A stretch of DNA of 64,000 bases, from positions 79,723,148-79,787,147 of the forward strand of contig NC_133621.1 in assembly GCF_048593235.1 (NCBI RefSeq). Reading direction: 5' to 3'. The DNA is from Sminthopsis crassicaudata. Its lineage: Eukaryota. The notes below the pieces were generated by a model. The model saw only the letters and a program-made list of their open reading frames with translations, was not told the origin of the DNA and made no database searches. Within the stretch, counting starts at the first letter, position 1; each line of letters begins with the position of its first letter. Made by a program: the position numbers and the translations under genes. Positions 25,823-38,850 of the stretch are shown piece by piece.

Positions 25823-27902
25823 TGAACCACCCACTTGTAAGCAGCAGGAAATATTTATGAGCCAACAGGCCAGTGAAGAGTATGTTCTATAAACATGAAA
25901 GACAATGAAGTCAATTGATTCACCTGGAGATAGAACCTTTGATTTGCCCTCAGTATGACCTCAGTAGCATGGTGTTCTAACTCACTTTTAGCCTTTTCCA
26001 GTAAAGAAAGTTGAATGTTCTTTGCTGTGCTGCCTGAGTTAATTAATCCTTTAAAAGCTGTGCCTATTAGTTTCTTGCTTAGATTACATATATTCAATTC
26101 CCTTAATATTATCTGACCCTATGTTAAAAGTTGTACTTTAAAACTGTGCGTTCCTGAGGCTATCCCACTGATAAGGCTATGCTTTGACTAGTCCTAAAAC
26201 TTTGAAAACCCTCAACTGTGGGCCCTACGATGGATATACTATGTTTGTTGTCCAAGTGGTCAGGTTTAGAGAACCCCATCATCAGGCTAACCTTTGGGAG
26301 GTGAATTTTTTGGCCATATAAAGTCAGAGGTTTCTCTTGTCCTCTAAGTCATAAAGAAATTGTCATCATCATTGGAGAAAACAGGATAAACATGACAATA
26401 TTAAAGATATTTGATGTATACAAGTAATATTTACTGATAAGACAGCTTCTTAGTTTATATATTAAACTTTTCTCCTCCCATTTGTCAATATTTTGTGGTA
26501 TCCAATTGAGATCACTTATTCAAAGCACAGTTTATAACCTAATAAAAACTGGCACTTCCCTGTCTTTTCATATGAAGTCTGAAATGCTTTGAGGTATCAT
26601 ATCTCCTTTGATTCTCATAGAAAGTATGGACTCTTAAGTCCACTAGGAAGACAATCTTTTGCATGAATTTCGAGGATGACATATTTGTTTGCTATATCAA
26701 ATTGTTGTTCCCTCTTTGTAGTTTTAAGACTATAATTCTCTTGTATTTCAACCTTCACTGCTATTCACAATACATACCACATTAGTGATGTCAGCAGATC
26801 TCATTAATGTTATATTATGTTCTGTGAAAAATTTTTAAAAAATATATATTTGCTTAACTTCTGAATTCATACACAAATGGGTGGGCTTCTTGTTTTTATT
26901 ATTACCCACTTACAACTTCCCATGAGTATGGCTTGTTTAAAAGTATACACAGAATACTTATAATAAAGGTTTTGATGAGACACTTAATCAAATGCTTTAA
27001 GTAATTTCAAATTTGAAATAGCAATTTACTTCTCTTCTTTCATTAGTTTTGTGAAATACCTGCCTCTGTAGATTGTATGGCATGATTTCTTTATAGAAAC
27101 TTCTGGTTTTGTTTGTTTGTAATTTGTTCTGATTCTGATATTTGTGAAATAATTTGATCTATGGTTGACTCAAGTAATAGAGTCCATCACTAGAACTATA
27201 AAATAGGGAAAAATTCTGTATTTGACACCAATCCACCCTAACCCTTCTCCAGTTTTTCAATATCATAAAGAAAGCTGCTTAATAGAATGGAAAATTCTGG
27301 ATTTGGCATCAAAAAACATGAAGTGACTTGGGGCAAGTTATTTTTCTTTGAGCCTCACTTTTCTCATCTTTAAAATGATGATAATAATACTCTTACTCTC
27401 TACATTATAGGGTAGCTGTAAAGAAAGGGATTTATAAATTTTATTTTTGTTTAGATCTGCCAGATATAGTTTCAAAAAAATTAGAAACACTCCATGATAC
27501 AATCAAAATAGACAATATTATAGGAATTCAATAGAGGGTGTTAGATTTTTAAAATGTAACTGATTTTAAAGAAATCTAATACAAGGGAATCCACAGGTTC
27601 AAGATTTCTCAATTGAGAAAATATTCCCAAATGACCATGACTTGTATTACCATAAGCATGAATAAAATTGTTCATTATCCATGACACTTCTGTCTGCTTA
27701 TTAAAAAAGAAAGAAAAGAAAAAGGACTTGTCATCCCTGAAGGTCTTTTCCATATCTGAATCTGATCTCATAATCCTATGACCTTAAATAGTTATATTTA
27801 CTTTGGCCATTCTCTTATATCTGTCTTTACTCTAGGTCAGAATTTATCTGGTTTACTCAATAATGGCAAATTAATTTTCTTTAAAGTGCCAACAATACCA
27901 TC

Positions 27903-29470
27903 TTTTCTTTTTTTTTTTGGAAATAGTATTTTATTTTTTCTCAGTTACATGTAAAAACTGTTTTCAACATTAATTTTTTAAATAAAATTTTGAGTTCTAA
28001 TTTTTTTCTTCCTCTCCTCCATGTAGAGAGCAAGCAGTCTGATACAGTTTATACAAACTGCAAAACAAACAAAGTAAAATTGTATGTTTTAATCTGCATT
28101 CAGATTCCATTCTTCTTTCTATGGATGTGGATAGTATTTTCCATCATGACTCTTCTGGAATTGTCTTTAATCATTATATTGCTGAGAAGGGCTAAGTCTA
28201 TCACAATTGGTCATCACACAATGTTGCTGTCACTGTGTACACTGTTCTGCCCATTTTTTCAGCATCAGTTTATGTAACTCCAGGTTTTCCTGAAACCTGC
28301 CTGCTCATCACTTTTTATACCACAATATCTTCATTTAGTCCATATGCCAAAAATTGTTCAGCCATTCCTCAATCAATAGGCATCCCCTGAATTCCCAATT
28401 CTTTGCCACCACATAAAGGATTTCTAAAATATTTTTATACAACTCCCTTTTTAAATGATGTCTTTGGGATACAAATCTAGTAATGGTATTGCTGGGTCAA
28501 AGGTAGGCAGAGTTTGATTGCCTTTTGGGCAAACTTCCAAATTGATCTACAAGAATGGTTGGATCAGTTCACAATTCTACCAACAGAGATTAGTATCCCA
28601 GTTTTCCCTTATCTTCTCTAACATTTATCACTTTCATTTTCTGTCATATTATAGATGACTTATAGGTGTAAAGGGGAACCTCAGAGTTGTTTTAATGTGC
28701 ATTTCTCTAAGCACTTGTGATTTTGAATAGTTTTTTCATAGATTAATTGATTCACCTGAAAACTGTGTGTTGATATCTTTTGACCATTTATCAATTGGAG
28801 AGTGACTTATATTATTATAAATTTTGTCCAGTTCAAAATATATTTTAGAAATGAGATCTTTGTCAGAAATACTTGTTATAAAAATTGTTTCCCATCTTTC
28901 TGCTTTCCTTCTAATCTTGGTTGCATTGGTTTTGTTTGTGCAACCTTTTTTAATTTAATGTAATTAAAGTTATTCATTTTGTATTTCATAATGTTCTCTA
29001 TCTCTTGTTTTGTCATAAATCCTTTCCTTTTCTATAGATCTGAGAAGTAAACTATTTCTTGCTCTCCTAATTTACTCTTTAAGTCTAAATTATGTAATCA
29101 TTTTGACTGTATCTTGGTATATGGTGTGAGATGTTGTTCTATACTAGTTTCTGCCCTAACGACTTTCCATTTTTTCTAGCAGTTTTTGTCAAGTGGTGAA
29201 TTCTTGTCTCAAAAGCCTGGGTTTTTGGGTTTATCAAGCAGTAGATTGTACCTAATCTATTCCACTGATCCACCACTCTATTTCTTAGCCAATACCAAAT
29301 AGTTTTGGTGATTGATGCTTTATCATATGATCTTAGATTTAGCATGACTACCTTCCTTTACATTTTTTCATTAATTTTCTTTTTTCTTGGCCTTTTGTTC
29401 TTCCAGATGAATTTTGTTATTTTTTTCTAGCCGTATAAAATAATCTTTTGTAGTTTGATTGAATTGTAAT
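27903..29470 (-). mobile_element. L1 fragment: ORF2 C-terminal region plus 3' UTR
   Basis: T-tail at left; 29139-29345 translates ..LRSYDKASITKTIWYWLRNRVVDQWNRLG.., a marsupial L1 ORF2 motif. Confidence 0.85.
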
Positions 29471-29924
29471 AAATAAACAAATGAATTTAGGTACACTTAA
29501 TCTTTTTTTTTCTTTTAAAGTGATTTAAAAATTTATTGGCATATCATTTAAAGTAGCATAGTACCATGAAAATTAATTGTGGAAAAGTAAGAAAATTTCT
29601 TGATATATAATAAACCTTACATCTTCTCTCCCTCATTTCTTCTTATATCTTAAAAAACCCACTTATAAGATGTTATATGCCTTGATTTGATTATAACATA
29701 TTATTTTATATGATTACACATTCCATGTATTTTTAATTCATTTTTACAAAACATTACTTTTGATATTAAGTGTATGTTCTTTCTACATCTAACCTGTATT
29801 ATAGCCTGTAGATTTTTACTGCAATTTAAATAAGTCAAGGTCACAGTCCATTGAAGCATGCTCATCTTAATTTCTTGAATAAATTTTTTTAACTATTTGT
29901 GATAACTCACCCAATCTCTTCCAA

Positions 29925-30357
29925 TTCTCATCCAATGAAGAGTTGAAATAGGTTGTTTGCAGAGACAAGAATGATTATAGTAAACAGGAATGTGATTAGG
30001 TATTTGAAAAATCGGTGGATATTAGGACTGCATGTATATATCATATTGAGAATTCTAAGATGGACCATGTGACGTACAGTGCAATAGGAATGAAGATAAT
30101 GGAAAAGTAGTCTAGTTTGAAACTTATTGTTAGATTGAAGGAGTTTATTGAGAATCACTGTCAGTTAGTGATTGTAGCTTCTTGTCCTGAGAAGATGAAT
30201 AGGGTGAGTGGTAGGATGCTAGTAAAGAAAGTGAGTTTAACTGAGTTTTTACATAGTGTGGGGAAGCTATTGGTTTTGTGTGGGAAAAGTAAGCTATAAA
30301 TTAGGGGGAAAGTGAGTATGGCAATGGATAATAGTAATGAAGTATTTAATAGATAAT
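29925..30357 (-). pseudogene. ND5: NUMT copy of MT-ND5 N-terminus, disabled by small deletions, truncated after ..[11 protein letters not shown]
   Basis: Mitochondrial-code translation ..[49 protein letters not shown], frameshift near 30027, then [34 protein letters not shown]; start region also appears one base out of frame. Confidence 0.93.
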
Positions 30358-30428
30358 TACTTTTATTTGGAATTGCACCAAAATTTTTGGTTCCTAAGAC
30401 CAATGGATGACTACTATCCTTTAAAAGT
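30358..30428 (-). pseudogene. NUMT copy of mt-tRNA-Leu(CUN) (anticodon TAG)
   Basis: ACTTTTAAAGGATAGTAGTCATCCATTGGTCT-TAG-GAACCAAAAATTTTGGTGCAATTCCAAATAAAAGTA. Confidence 0.92.
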
Positions 30429-30486
30429 AAGAAAGCCATGGGTTTTAGGCATGGATTCAAGAATTAGCAGTTTTTGTAACTTTCTC
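30429..30486 (-). pseudogene. NUMT copy of mt-tRNA-Ser(AGY) (anticodon GCT, D-armless type)
   Basis: GAGAAAGTTACAAAAACT-GCT-AATTCTTGAATCCATGCCTAAAACCCATGGCTTTCTT between tRNA-His and tRNA-Leu. Confidence 0.85.
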
Positions 30487-30487
30487 A

Positions 30488-30556
30488 GGTATATAAGGAG
30501 GCTTGAACTCCTAACTCTAGATTCACAATCTAATGTTTTTGTTAAACTGTATTTGC
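30488..30556 (-). pseudogene. NUMT copy of mt-tRNA-His (anticodon GTG)
   Basis: GCAAATACAGTTTAACAAAAACATTAGATT-GTG-AATCTAGAGTTAGGAGTTCAAGCCTCCTTATATACC; T-stem AGGAG/CTCCT. Confidence 0.9.
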
Positions 30557-30766
30557 AATATGTGGGACCTAAGATGAATTTAGGTGAAACAGAAATAATT
30601 AGTAGGGGTAACAGGTGCAGTGCTATTAATATATGTTCTCGGGTGAATGTAGGCTTGATAGGATTTATGTGGTGGGTAAATTTGCCTCGTTGAGAGGTGC
30701 TTAGTATATGGAGAGAGTATAGGGCAGTAATTACTGTATTAATACCTAGGAGGATGAGGGAGTTTG
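30557..30766 (-). pseudogene. ND4: NUMT copy of MT-ND4 C-terminus (..NSLILLGINTVITALYSLHMLSTSQRGKFTHHMNPIKPTFTREHMLMALHLLPLLIISVSPKFILGPTY, incomplete T stop)
   Basis: TREH..LHLLP motif of the ND4 C-terminus; abuts tRNA-His. Confidence 0.92.
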
Positions 30767-31126
30767 TAAGTGTAAGACTGTTTAATATTCCTTTCCATTT
30801 GGGAATTTCTATAATTCTCACTCAGTATTTCAACATAATTACCAGAGTTCATCAATAGAGAGAACACTTCTGGGCCCATTGAAAGAAAAAGTCCCCTAAA
30901 CATTTTTGTGGTGAATATTTTATAGTCTGATAAAAATACTTTTGAAGTATATATTTATTTATCTTAAAAGCTCATCTGAACTATTTCTGACATTGGTTTT
31001 GGTACAGCCTTAAATTAATGAGTGAGTTTTATCAAGAAAATGATCTTTTTCCAATCTTCAATATTCTAGTCTTTGAATTGGATAGATATATTTTCTTCAT
31101 GGAAATGGTTACCAACCTACCCCTCA

Positions 31127-31127
<1 letters not shown>

Positions 31128-31165
<38 letters not shown>

Positions 31166-31205
31166 CACTCCTACTACCACCACTACTACTGTTACTACTA
31201 CTACT
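31128..31205. repeat. Interrupted (CTA)n trinucleotide repeat
   Basis: Direct reading; source of the poly-Leu ORF 31018-31248. Confidence 0.95.
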
Positions 31206-31350
31206 TCATTTGACCTTGTTTGCCTCAGTTTCCTCATTTGTAAAATGAACCATGTAAATGTAAATGTAAAAATGAAAATACTCTAGTATTTTTGCTAAGA
31301 AAATCCTGAATTGAAGAGTCAGACATAACTGAAAAATAAGTGAACAATAT
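31205..31350 (+). mobile_element. MAR1-type SINE 3' half
   Basis: gcctcagtttcctcatttgtaaaatga..ctctagtatttttgctaagaaaatcc..gaagagtcagacataactgaaaa. Confidence 0.65.
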
Positions 31351-31499
31351 TAATACCCAGCTCAATTTGATGTCATCTGGTTAAGGTTAGATATTGAGTC
31401 AGTCCTGTCAAGAGAAAGTTCCACCCATGATCATTACTTATGTAAAATGAAACCTTATAAAAATCATTATTTGTTTCAAGTAATGCTGAATCATGATTC

Positions 31500-32080
31500 T
31501 AGAATAGGGAACATCCCTCCCCAAACTTACTATCCCATGTTTGATCTTTACCATAATTGTGTTTTTGTGCAAATAATATCCCAGAACTCCAAGACTTGAA
31601 CTACCGCAGAAGGAATTTGAGCGTGTTGGCTTAGAAGTGAATCCAAGGAAAAGCAAAGTGAATATGCATTGGCTATTGACTATAAGGTAGAGCATATATA
31701 AGTTGGAGATTAAGGAGGTATATGAATATGTTTACCTTAGGCACTTCTTTACCAAGAAGACAGTGTAAATGAAGAATGAACCAGCCTGGGTCAATCTCCA
31801 TTATATCCATGGTTATTGCTAATGATGTGACTACTGGGGCACTAATGTTCAAACACAGAAACATCCAGTGTAAAGAGTGGAAGCTCATTGTTACCTAGTT
31901 TAAAGTTCAGTGTGTTAAGTTTTTCCCCATGATTGCCTGACAAATGAAGAATTCTTGAGATCAGGAGAGTAGCTCATATAACCAAGCTGCCTGGGTAGCT
32001 GATGAACTGCTCTATTGACAGCCTGGATCCTTCACATCCACAAAAGGCCAGTGGCAATATGACAACTCCAGAATGAGCCA
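31500..32080 (+). mobile_element. Highly diverged RTE-type LINE fragment
   Basis: Loose similarity to an RTE reverse-transcriptase region (ccaaggaaaagcaaagtgaat..gcattggctattgactat..; tatgtttaccttagg); recalled similarity only. Confidence 0.4.
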
Positions 32081-33299
32081 GTGTTTCCATTGTTTAAATA
32101 GAAAGGGAACCACAGTAAAAAAAAAAAAATGACCAGTCAGGTATTTGGTGGATCTGCATAGAACAGTAGCTGTGAATGAATGCTAATGACCTAATGTCTT
32201 AATTTTCTAAAAACATTAATGGAAAGTACAGTTTACTACAGAAGGACCTTTTTAGGCATCCTTATGTATGGATTTCTTCTACTGACACAAATTCCATCCT
32301 GTTTGTGACATAATGAGATTTGGGGAATGGTTTGGAATACAAAGAAGTTTAGTTCTTTTCCTTAAGTTACACAGCTACTAATTATCACAGAATTTGGACT
32401 TGGATCCCCCCCACTCCAAGCTGAGCAATCTGATCACTATGCCAAACTATTTCTCTTAAGTAGTAACATTTTTGGAAAGGAAACCTAGAAACAGCAATGT
32501 CTTAGCCCAAAGACTAATGTTGCTATGTGGAAATGTCACCACAGATGACAGAAAGACAGCTACATCTTAGTCTATGAGACTTGCTGTAAGATCAAAGAAG
32601 CTATGCTTCCCTTGAGCTTCACTTTAGTTTTTGTCTTTATTTTATACTAGAATTAAGATAAACATCTTCAATTATAAATGGAGATAATTTTTCCTCTTAA
32701 TTCTTGTTAATGAATAACCAGAATTATATTTAATAGTCATTTCAAGTATGGACACATTTTTCAAAAATATATAGGATATAAAGCTTGTATATAAAGTTTT
32801 TGAGATTTTCTAATCAAATCCTTTATTTTATAGATGAAGAAACTAAGACTCACACTGTCACTCAGATAGTGAGTAGCAGAGTCAGAGTTGCAATCTAGAT
32901 TTTCTGACTCCAAAATTCATGTTTTTCTGAATGTATGCCCTAGTTCCTGGGATAGTTAATCTGTTCTTTGGGTTCCTGGTCCTAGAGCACTATCCAGGTT
33001 TGGGCGACTAGGTAAACTAGCCCATTCTATTTATTGGTTGGTTCAAGATATCTGAGCCTCAATCTAAGACAAAGCCTTCTGGTTTCATTATTCACACTAG
33101 TTAGGACCTAGCTGTAAAAAGGGATGTAAGGTAAGTAGGTTGAAATCTATAAGTAGAATTTCAAAGTTCTGAATCTCCAAGGTTTAAGATGTAACCATGA
33201 TAAAGCAAGATGTGGAGTGTGGTTCTTATTCACTTTTCATACATCAGAAGAACCAATGGTAATGACATCATGATGTTGGAGTCAGGGTAGAATATGTTC

Positions 33300-33780
33300 A
33301 TCTGTGGCCAATCAATTCAATATGAGCTCAGAAAATTCTACAAAGATTGAACACAAATAGTCCATTTGAGCATTTAAGATAAAGATGTCTCTGGATTTGC
33401 ACATCTCACATTTCCATTGTGCTGCTGCAATTCTGATTTGCTCATGGGACATAGAGCCTTCTTTGATATGACAGTGTCATGTTGAACAGTCCCTTACCAG
33501 GCTCTCCCATGTCCACAATCAATATTAAAGTCTTCAAAGGACCTTAACAGTGTTCTTATACTGCTTCTTCTGATCCCATGTGAGCACTTGTCTTGTGCTA
33601 GTCTCTGTAAAATAGTCTTTTAGGTGAACATATGTTTTGCATTTGAACCCTTTGGAGCTGTACTAAGTTTGAAAACTTGATCGTTCAGCTCAAGAGAAGA
33701 CCTCAGTGTCAAATATCTCATCTTTCCAGGTAATCTTCAGAAGTATTGAAGTATTGTCTTTAAGAAGGTCCAGGAACTTC
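33300..33780 (-). mobile_element. RTE-clade LINE relic (3' end of ORF)
   Basis: Resembles the recalled reverse complement of marsupial RTE (cttcttctgatcccatgtgagcacttgtcttgtg..aaaatagtcttttagg..gacctcagtgtc..ccaggtaatcttcagaa). Confidence 0.7.
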
Positions 33781-35620
33781 ATGTTGAGATTATATATGTC
33801 ATCAGTAAGTCCCTGAAGATTTTGAGAAATGATTGTATTGTAGAGGAAAACTCAATATCAACTGAAAAAGTCAAAAGGGTCTAAGTTGTTAAGAACAGAA
33901 AATGAAGCTTATGAACACAAACCGTGTCCATCTGAAGGATCATATGTATGGAAACAACTTTGAGAGGGAAGAGATAGTGCTAATAACAGCAACCTTTTAT
34001 CTTCCAAATCCTCTTTGTTATTATGCAATGCAGCATGTAGGTCAATGAGGATTGGGGGGAAAGGAGGGGTCTCGAAACAGCAGTGAGGAGCAAGAAGAAT
34101 ATCAAATCCTTCTCTTAACCCTCTGATATGGAAGAATTAGGAGAAAGAGTAGCTTATGCTGCAGAGGGTTGCCAGGGATGAGAGACAGCAAGATCTAGTT
34201 GATTGTGTGTTGGCTGTGGAATCCAGAAATTTTGGGTACTAATCTTCTGTACTTTCTGGCTAGGTGATCTTGGGCAAATCATTTCACTTCTAGGAATCAG
34301 TTCCTTATCTGTAAAATGTCGGGATTGAACTCAATGGCCTCTACAGTTCTAACTCTGGAATCCTGTATGATCCTATGGCTGTGTTGAGCTCAGATGATAG
34401 CCAAGTTTGGAGTAAAACATGGAGGTAGAAGGAAAATTGTTTGAAAAGCATAAGGGTGTTTGGAAGATTATTGAGAATAGGTCAGGAGTCCCAAATATTA
34501 TATTATAATAACCTAGGACATCTGTTACCTGTATTGGACATGGAAGAGCAGGACTGATTAGAATAGGAATTAATCTGTAGGCAGGCAGAGAGCCAAAGCT
34601 GTGTGTTGATATATTCCAAGGGGAGCATTCCCATTGGCCCTTTCCTACCCCACACTCAGTGCATACCTATGGAGATTATATATGAGAGGTATGTGTATAT
34701 GTGTGTATATATATGTATATATAATATGTATGTTTATATATGTATATATTGTGTATATATACATACTGCATATATTTATATATATATTTACTAATCTAAT
34801 GCTTCTAAATTCATATACAGCAGAATTGCAAATGCTATTTCATTGCATTGTTGATCAAAATTATGTAGTCATCACTTGGAAAACAAAGAATTAAATGAAA
34901 ACAAAACAGAAGTTGGAAAAAACAAAACCATGTGTGTGTACTTTTAGGGAATATGAATCATCTTACCAGCACTGGATTTGGATTCCAGTGCTGTATCATG
35001 AAAGATGCCAAATTTATAATGCTAGACATTAGGAGAGTCAGAACTTGTGAAAGTGTTAAATGAATCTGAACCTTAACTATTAGCTCTTAGTGAAACAGTA
35101 ATCTTCTTGACATTTGTGTTGATAATATTTCCTTGGAACTGGGCTGGAGACAGACTTCTAGGTATCTACGTGACTATGTAACAAAGTAGTTTTGATGGAA
35201 TAGTACTGGATTGGGACAGCTTTGACTAACATCTGTCTTGGACAATTTGTCAGTCTTGTCCTAAGTGTTCCCCTACATGGTTCCACATGGAGGATAAATA
35301 AGACTGAAGAAAAGATTGTTGCTAAATCTTTCCTCAGCGCTACCCAGGAAGTACCATCACACATGCTTTTTTTTTTTTTTTTTGTATATGTCACCAGCAG
35401 TATAATGCAGTGAATTGGATAGTGACTTGCATTAAACAAGACGTGGGCTCAAATTCTGATGCTGACTGAAACAGTTTGATGCTAGGAAAACCATTTAACT
35501 TCTTTTCTTTGAGGCCATTCGCTAGGAATAAATCATTGATGTTGTGACCCCAACTGAAGTTCTTCACACTGATGAAATCTCAGCCCTTGAAGAGCAATTT
35601 TAAATGGCATCATCTCAGAC

Positions 35621-35772
35621 TTTTTTTTTTTTTTTTTTTTTGCTGAGGCAGTTGGGATTAAGTGACTTGTCCAAGTTCACACAGCTAGGAAATATTCTCT
35701 GAGGCTGGATTTGAACTCAGGTCCTTCTGACTTCAGAGCTGGTGCTCGATCCACTGTGCCATCTAGCTGCCC
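35621..35772 (-). mobile_element. WSINE1-type marsupial SINE with polyA tail
   Basis: T21 then gctgaggcagttgggattaagtgacttgtccaag..ggatttgaactcaggtccttctgact..ccactgtgccatctagctgccc. Confidence 0.85.
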
Positions 35773-36019
35773 ATAGTCATTGTTTTTGAGAACCAAAGGT
35801 CAGCAACACTGAATAGAGTCTTCTAAGTAAGATGGCAATTGCATTACTTAAAAGAAATCTTTTTGTCATAGCTTTCCTTTGAAACCGGACTACCAAGTAC
35901 ATGTCAAATTTAGAAATATAATGATTTTACTAGTTCAAGATTGGCCAACTAAATATCCCTTCTCCTACTTCTTTAATCCCAAAATGATCAGAAGCAAAAG
36001 TTTGTTTTCAGAGTTTTTA

Positions 36020-36176
36020 TTTATTTTTTTATTTTATTCATTTTTCCAAATTATCCCCTCCCTCCCTCCACTCCCTCCCCCCGATGGCAGGTAATCCCAT
36101 ACATTTTACATGTGTTACAATATAACCTAGATACAATATATGTGTGTAAATACCATATATATGTGTGTAAATACCA
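36020..36176 (-). mobile_element. Severely 5'-truncated young L1 3' end
   Basis: Perfect 17-bp TSD TGTTTTCAGAGTTTTTA at 36003-36019 and 36177-36193; reverse complement of the 3' end of the element at 56953. Confidence 0.85.
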
Positions 36177-38149
36177 TGTTTTCAGAGTTTTTAGCAAGTC
36201 TGATTTGATAACAGGATTCTGCAGCATGAGTCAGAGGCAACAGTGAACAAAATAAGTGGCTGAGTGTTTGTGGTTGCTCACATGAGTATGGGATGTGTTA
36301 TATTGCTTTTGCTGCCAGTAACACATGATTGGGTCAGGGTGGAGGTAGCACATAGAGCACACAAAATTCTGCAGAAAAAAGAAAAATGGCAAGGAGGAAG
36401 AAAGAATAAAAGAATAAAAGAAAGGAGGGAGGGAAGAAAAAGGAGGAAGAAAGAAAAGAATTCATGATAATTATGATATTTATGTTTAACCTTCTTATCA
36501 ATATTATTATCAACACATCAATTAAAAGGCTAACACAGTAAATAAAGGAGCATCTCTTCTGAATCAGCTTGTATCAAACTGGACCAGGTATCATTTTATA
36601 AGATATCAAAACATAAAAACACTAGATTGTAATCTTCTCTATGAGGAGTATGCTGCACACAAATGGATATTTCTTTCTGTTGGCTTTTGATTTTGGAACA
36701 AAAAAAGAGAGAAAAACTGAATAAAACATGGGATAGATATTTTAATTGTTGTGAAAGTTGATACAAATAAGACTCGAGTTTTGATTCTGTTATAGTTGTG
36801 GTCCCACAGACTTTGCCCTTTGCTATGACCCATTTTGCTCCTGGCTTGAGATACCATAGTGTCACTTTAGGAACAATGTTCTCAAGGTTTCCAAATGAAA
36901 AAAAAATCACAAGAAAATCTGCCCCTTAGCCATGGACCAGCTAGCTGGTTGAACGCATCCTCTCCAATGTAAAGGCCTAAATATCCCCAGTTCTCAGGAA
37001 CTTCATGAAAAATGATTTGTCAGATAAAGGAAAACAAATATAAGGGCAATTTATGTAACTTTTTATAGTGTTAGGGTGTTTGGACAAGTACCAAAATATT
37101 AAACCTTTTTGAGTCTTTTTTTTTTTGAGCTTTGAACAAGGAACCTTTTCAGTTACTAATTTTTTTTTTCTTAGAAGAATTCAGTATTTGGTATTCTTTT
37201 CCATTTCCCTTTTTCTCTTTCTCCTTTCCTGTTGCTCTTCTCTTTCCCTCTCTCCTTCCTTCCCCCCACCCCTCTCTCTTTTTTTTTCTCCTTGCCTTTA
37301 TCTTCTGAATTCATTGTCTTTGTTTTGTAGCATGTCAATACCTCACAATTTCATTAGATTAGTAAACTGTGCATTTGTGATATTTTTCTACTATCTTTTA
37401 ATCATGGAGGCAGGGGGCAGAGTAGTAGGAAAGTGGGAGTGAGTTGTGCTTAGTGAACGCTAAGAAAACTGGAACAGCTGAATGTATGAACATTCATTAA
37501 AATATGTCTCCAAAGTCCAACCCTAAATTGAAAAAATTAGTGCTAAAAATAATCTGAAACGCATGGACATAATGAAAGTCAGCATGTAACCTCTGCAGTT
37601 ACATCAACTGCTTCAAGTGTTACATTTGCAACACACATACAAATGAAACACAATAAGGACTTCAGTCCTTGAGTTCATGCTTCAGGCCTCCAATTATTTT
37701 AAGTAATTTCTCCCTTGCAAAGCATGATAAAATATAGATTGGAAGTGCATCCCCACCCCCCTTTGTCAGGAATCTAGTAGCATTCTCATTTCTTAATAAT
37801 AGTTCACAGATTAATTTTCTCTAAGCAGTTGTCATTAATTCATCATTAATCTGCATTAACAAGATAATTACAAAAGCTACTCTAATAATTTCAGGTTCTA
37901 GATTTACAATACTTTTTACCTGGCTTTCATTCGAAAGGAGATATGGAGAAGAGCAATCTTCTCCCTCCTCATTGATGAAGTTTCTCAGAGGATAGTGATC
38001 AAATCACTTACTCAGCAAGATTATGCAAGATAACATACTGCTTCATACATACTTCATGTAGTTCATTTGTAATTTTTTTACTGAATTTGTTAAATGTCTC
38101 CTCTTGAGTAGTCATATTTTAGGATTTGCCAAAAGGAGTCCTTTAACCT

Positions 38150-38850
38150 CAGAGTATCTCTTATGCCAGTTCCATGCTTACTCTTTCCATTCCCACCATC
38201 ATAGTTCAAATCCTAATCAATCATTTCTTGTTGCTTTTTTTTTTCTCTGTTCCTCCAGTCTCTTCCCTTTCTACTTCCTCCTTTATAAGTATCTAAATTA
38301 ATCCCTCTACTACACATGAATATATTACCCTTCTGCTACAAAACCTTCAGATGTATTTCTTTATCTGTTGACTGCAATATAGATTATTCACTTTGGTGTT
38401 CAAGACTCTCCCTGACAGTGCTTCACCTCCCCCATCCCTTTCAAATCACATTTTAGATTCCTTCCTTTTGGACATTCTATGCTACCGCCAAAGTCTGCCA
38501 GGACTACCGATTGTCCCATTTACCCACTCTGGATTATTTTGCCTTTGTGACTTTGTGTAGTCTGTTCTTTGGAGAGAACATCAACAAGCAGAGAACCTCA
38601 CTCCCACCCACTTCTACCTATTGGCAATCAAAAATCGATTCCAAAGCTACTTCCTCCATGAATGATCTACAGAGTCAGATATAATCTTTTCTTCTTTGAG
38701 TTTCATATATACTCTACTATGTACTTAATAATTTTGAGCTTGCATTTTAATTATTTGTATACATGTCTCATCTCTTACTGTACCATAAACTTTTTAAAAG
38801 TAGGGATTGTATCTTATATTATTGCCTCTCCATCTTATCTTATATAGTGC
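38150..38850 (+). mobile_element. L2 LINE 3' fragment
   Basis: ccttctgctacaaaaccttcagatg..; aagctacttcctccatga..; taaactttttaaaagtagggattgtatctt.. Confidence 0.65.

Larger units (their letters stand above)
29925..30766 (-). pseudogene. NUMT: contiguous mitochondrial segment ND4(3' end)-tRNA-His-tRNA-Ser(AGY)-tRNA-Leu(CUN)-ND5(5' end)
   Basis: Vertebrate mitochondrial gene order and mitochondrial-code translation on minus strand; ends approximate to a few bp. Confidence 0.96.

Noticed and set aside
29923-30820. AATTCTCA present near both NUMT ends
   Set aside because: The right copy is about 50 bp outside the junction; not a target-site duplication
30414-30821. 135-aa minus-strand ORF in the standard code, starting in nuclear flank and running through ND4 and the tRNAs
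   Set aside because: GTG start; it is read-through of NUMT ND4 into tRNA sequence, with no promoter or splice evidence
31018-31248. 76-aa ORF with a poly-Leu run resembling a signal peptide
   Set aside because: Produced by the (CTA)n microsatellite
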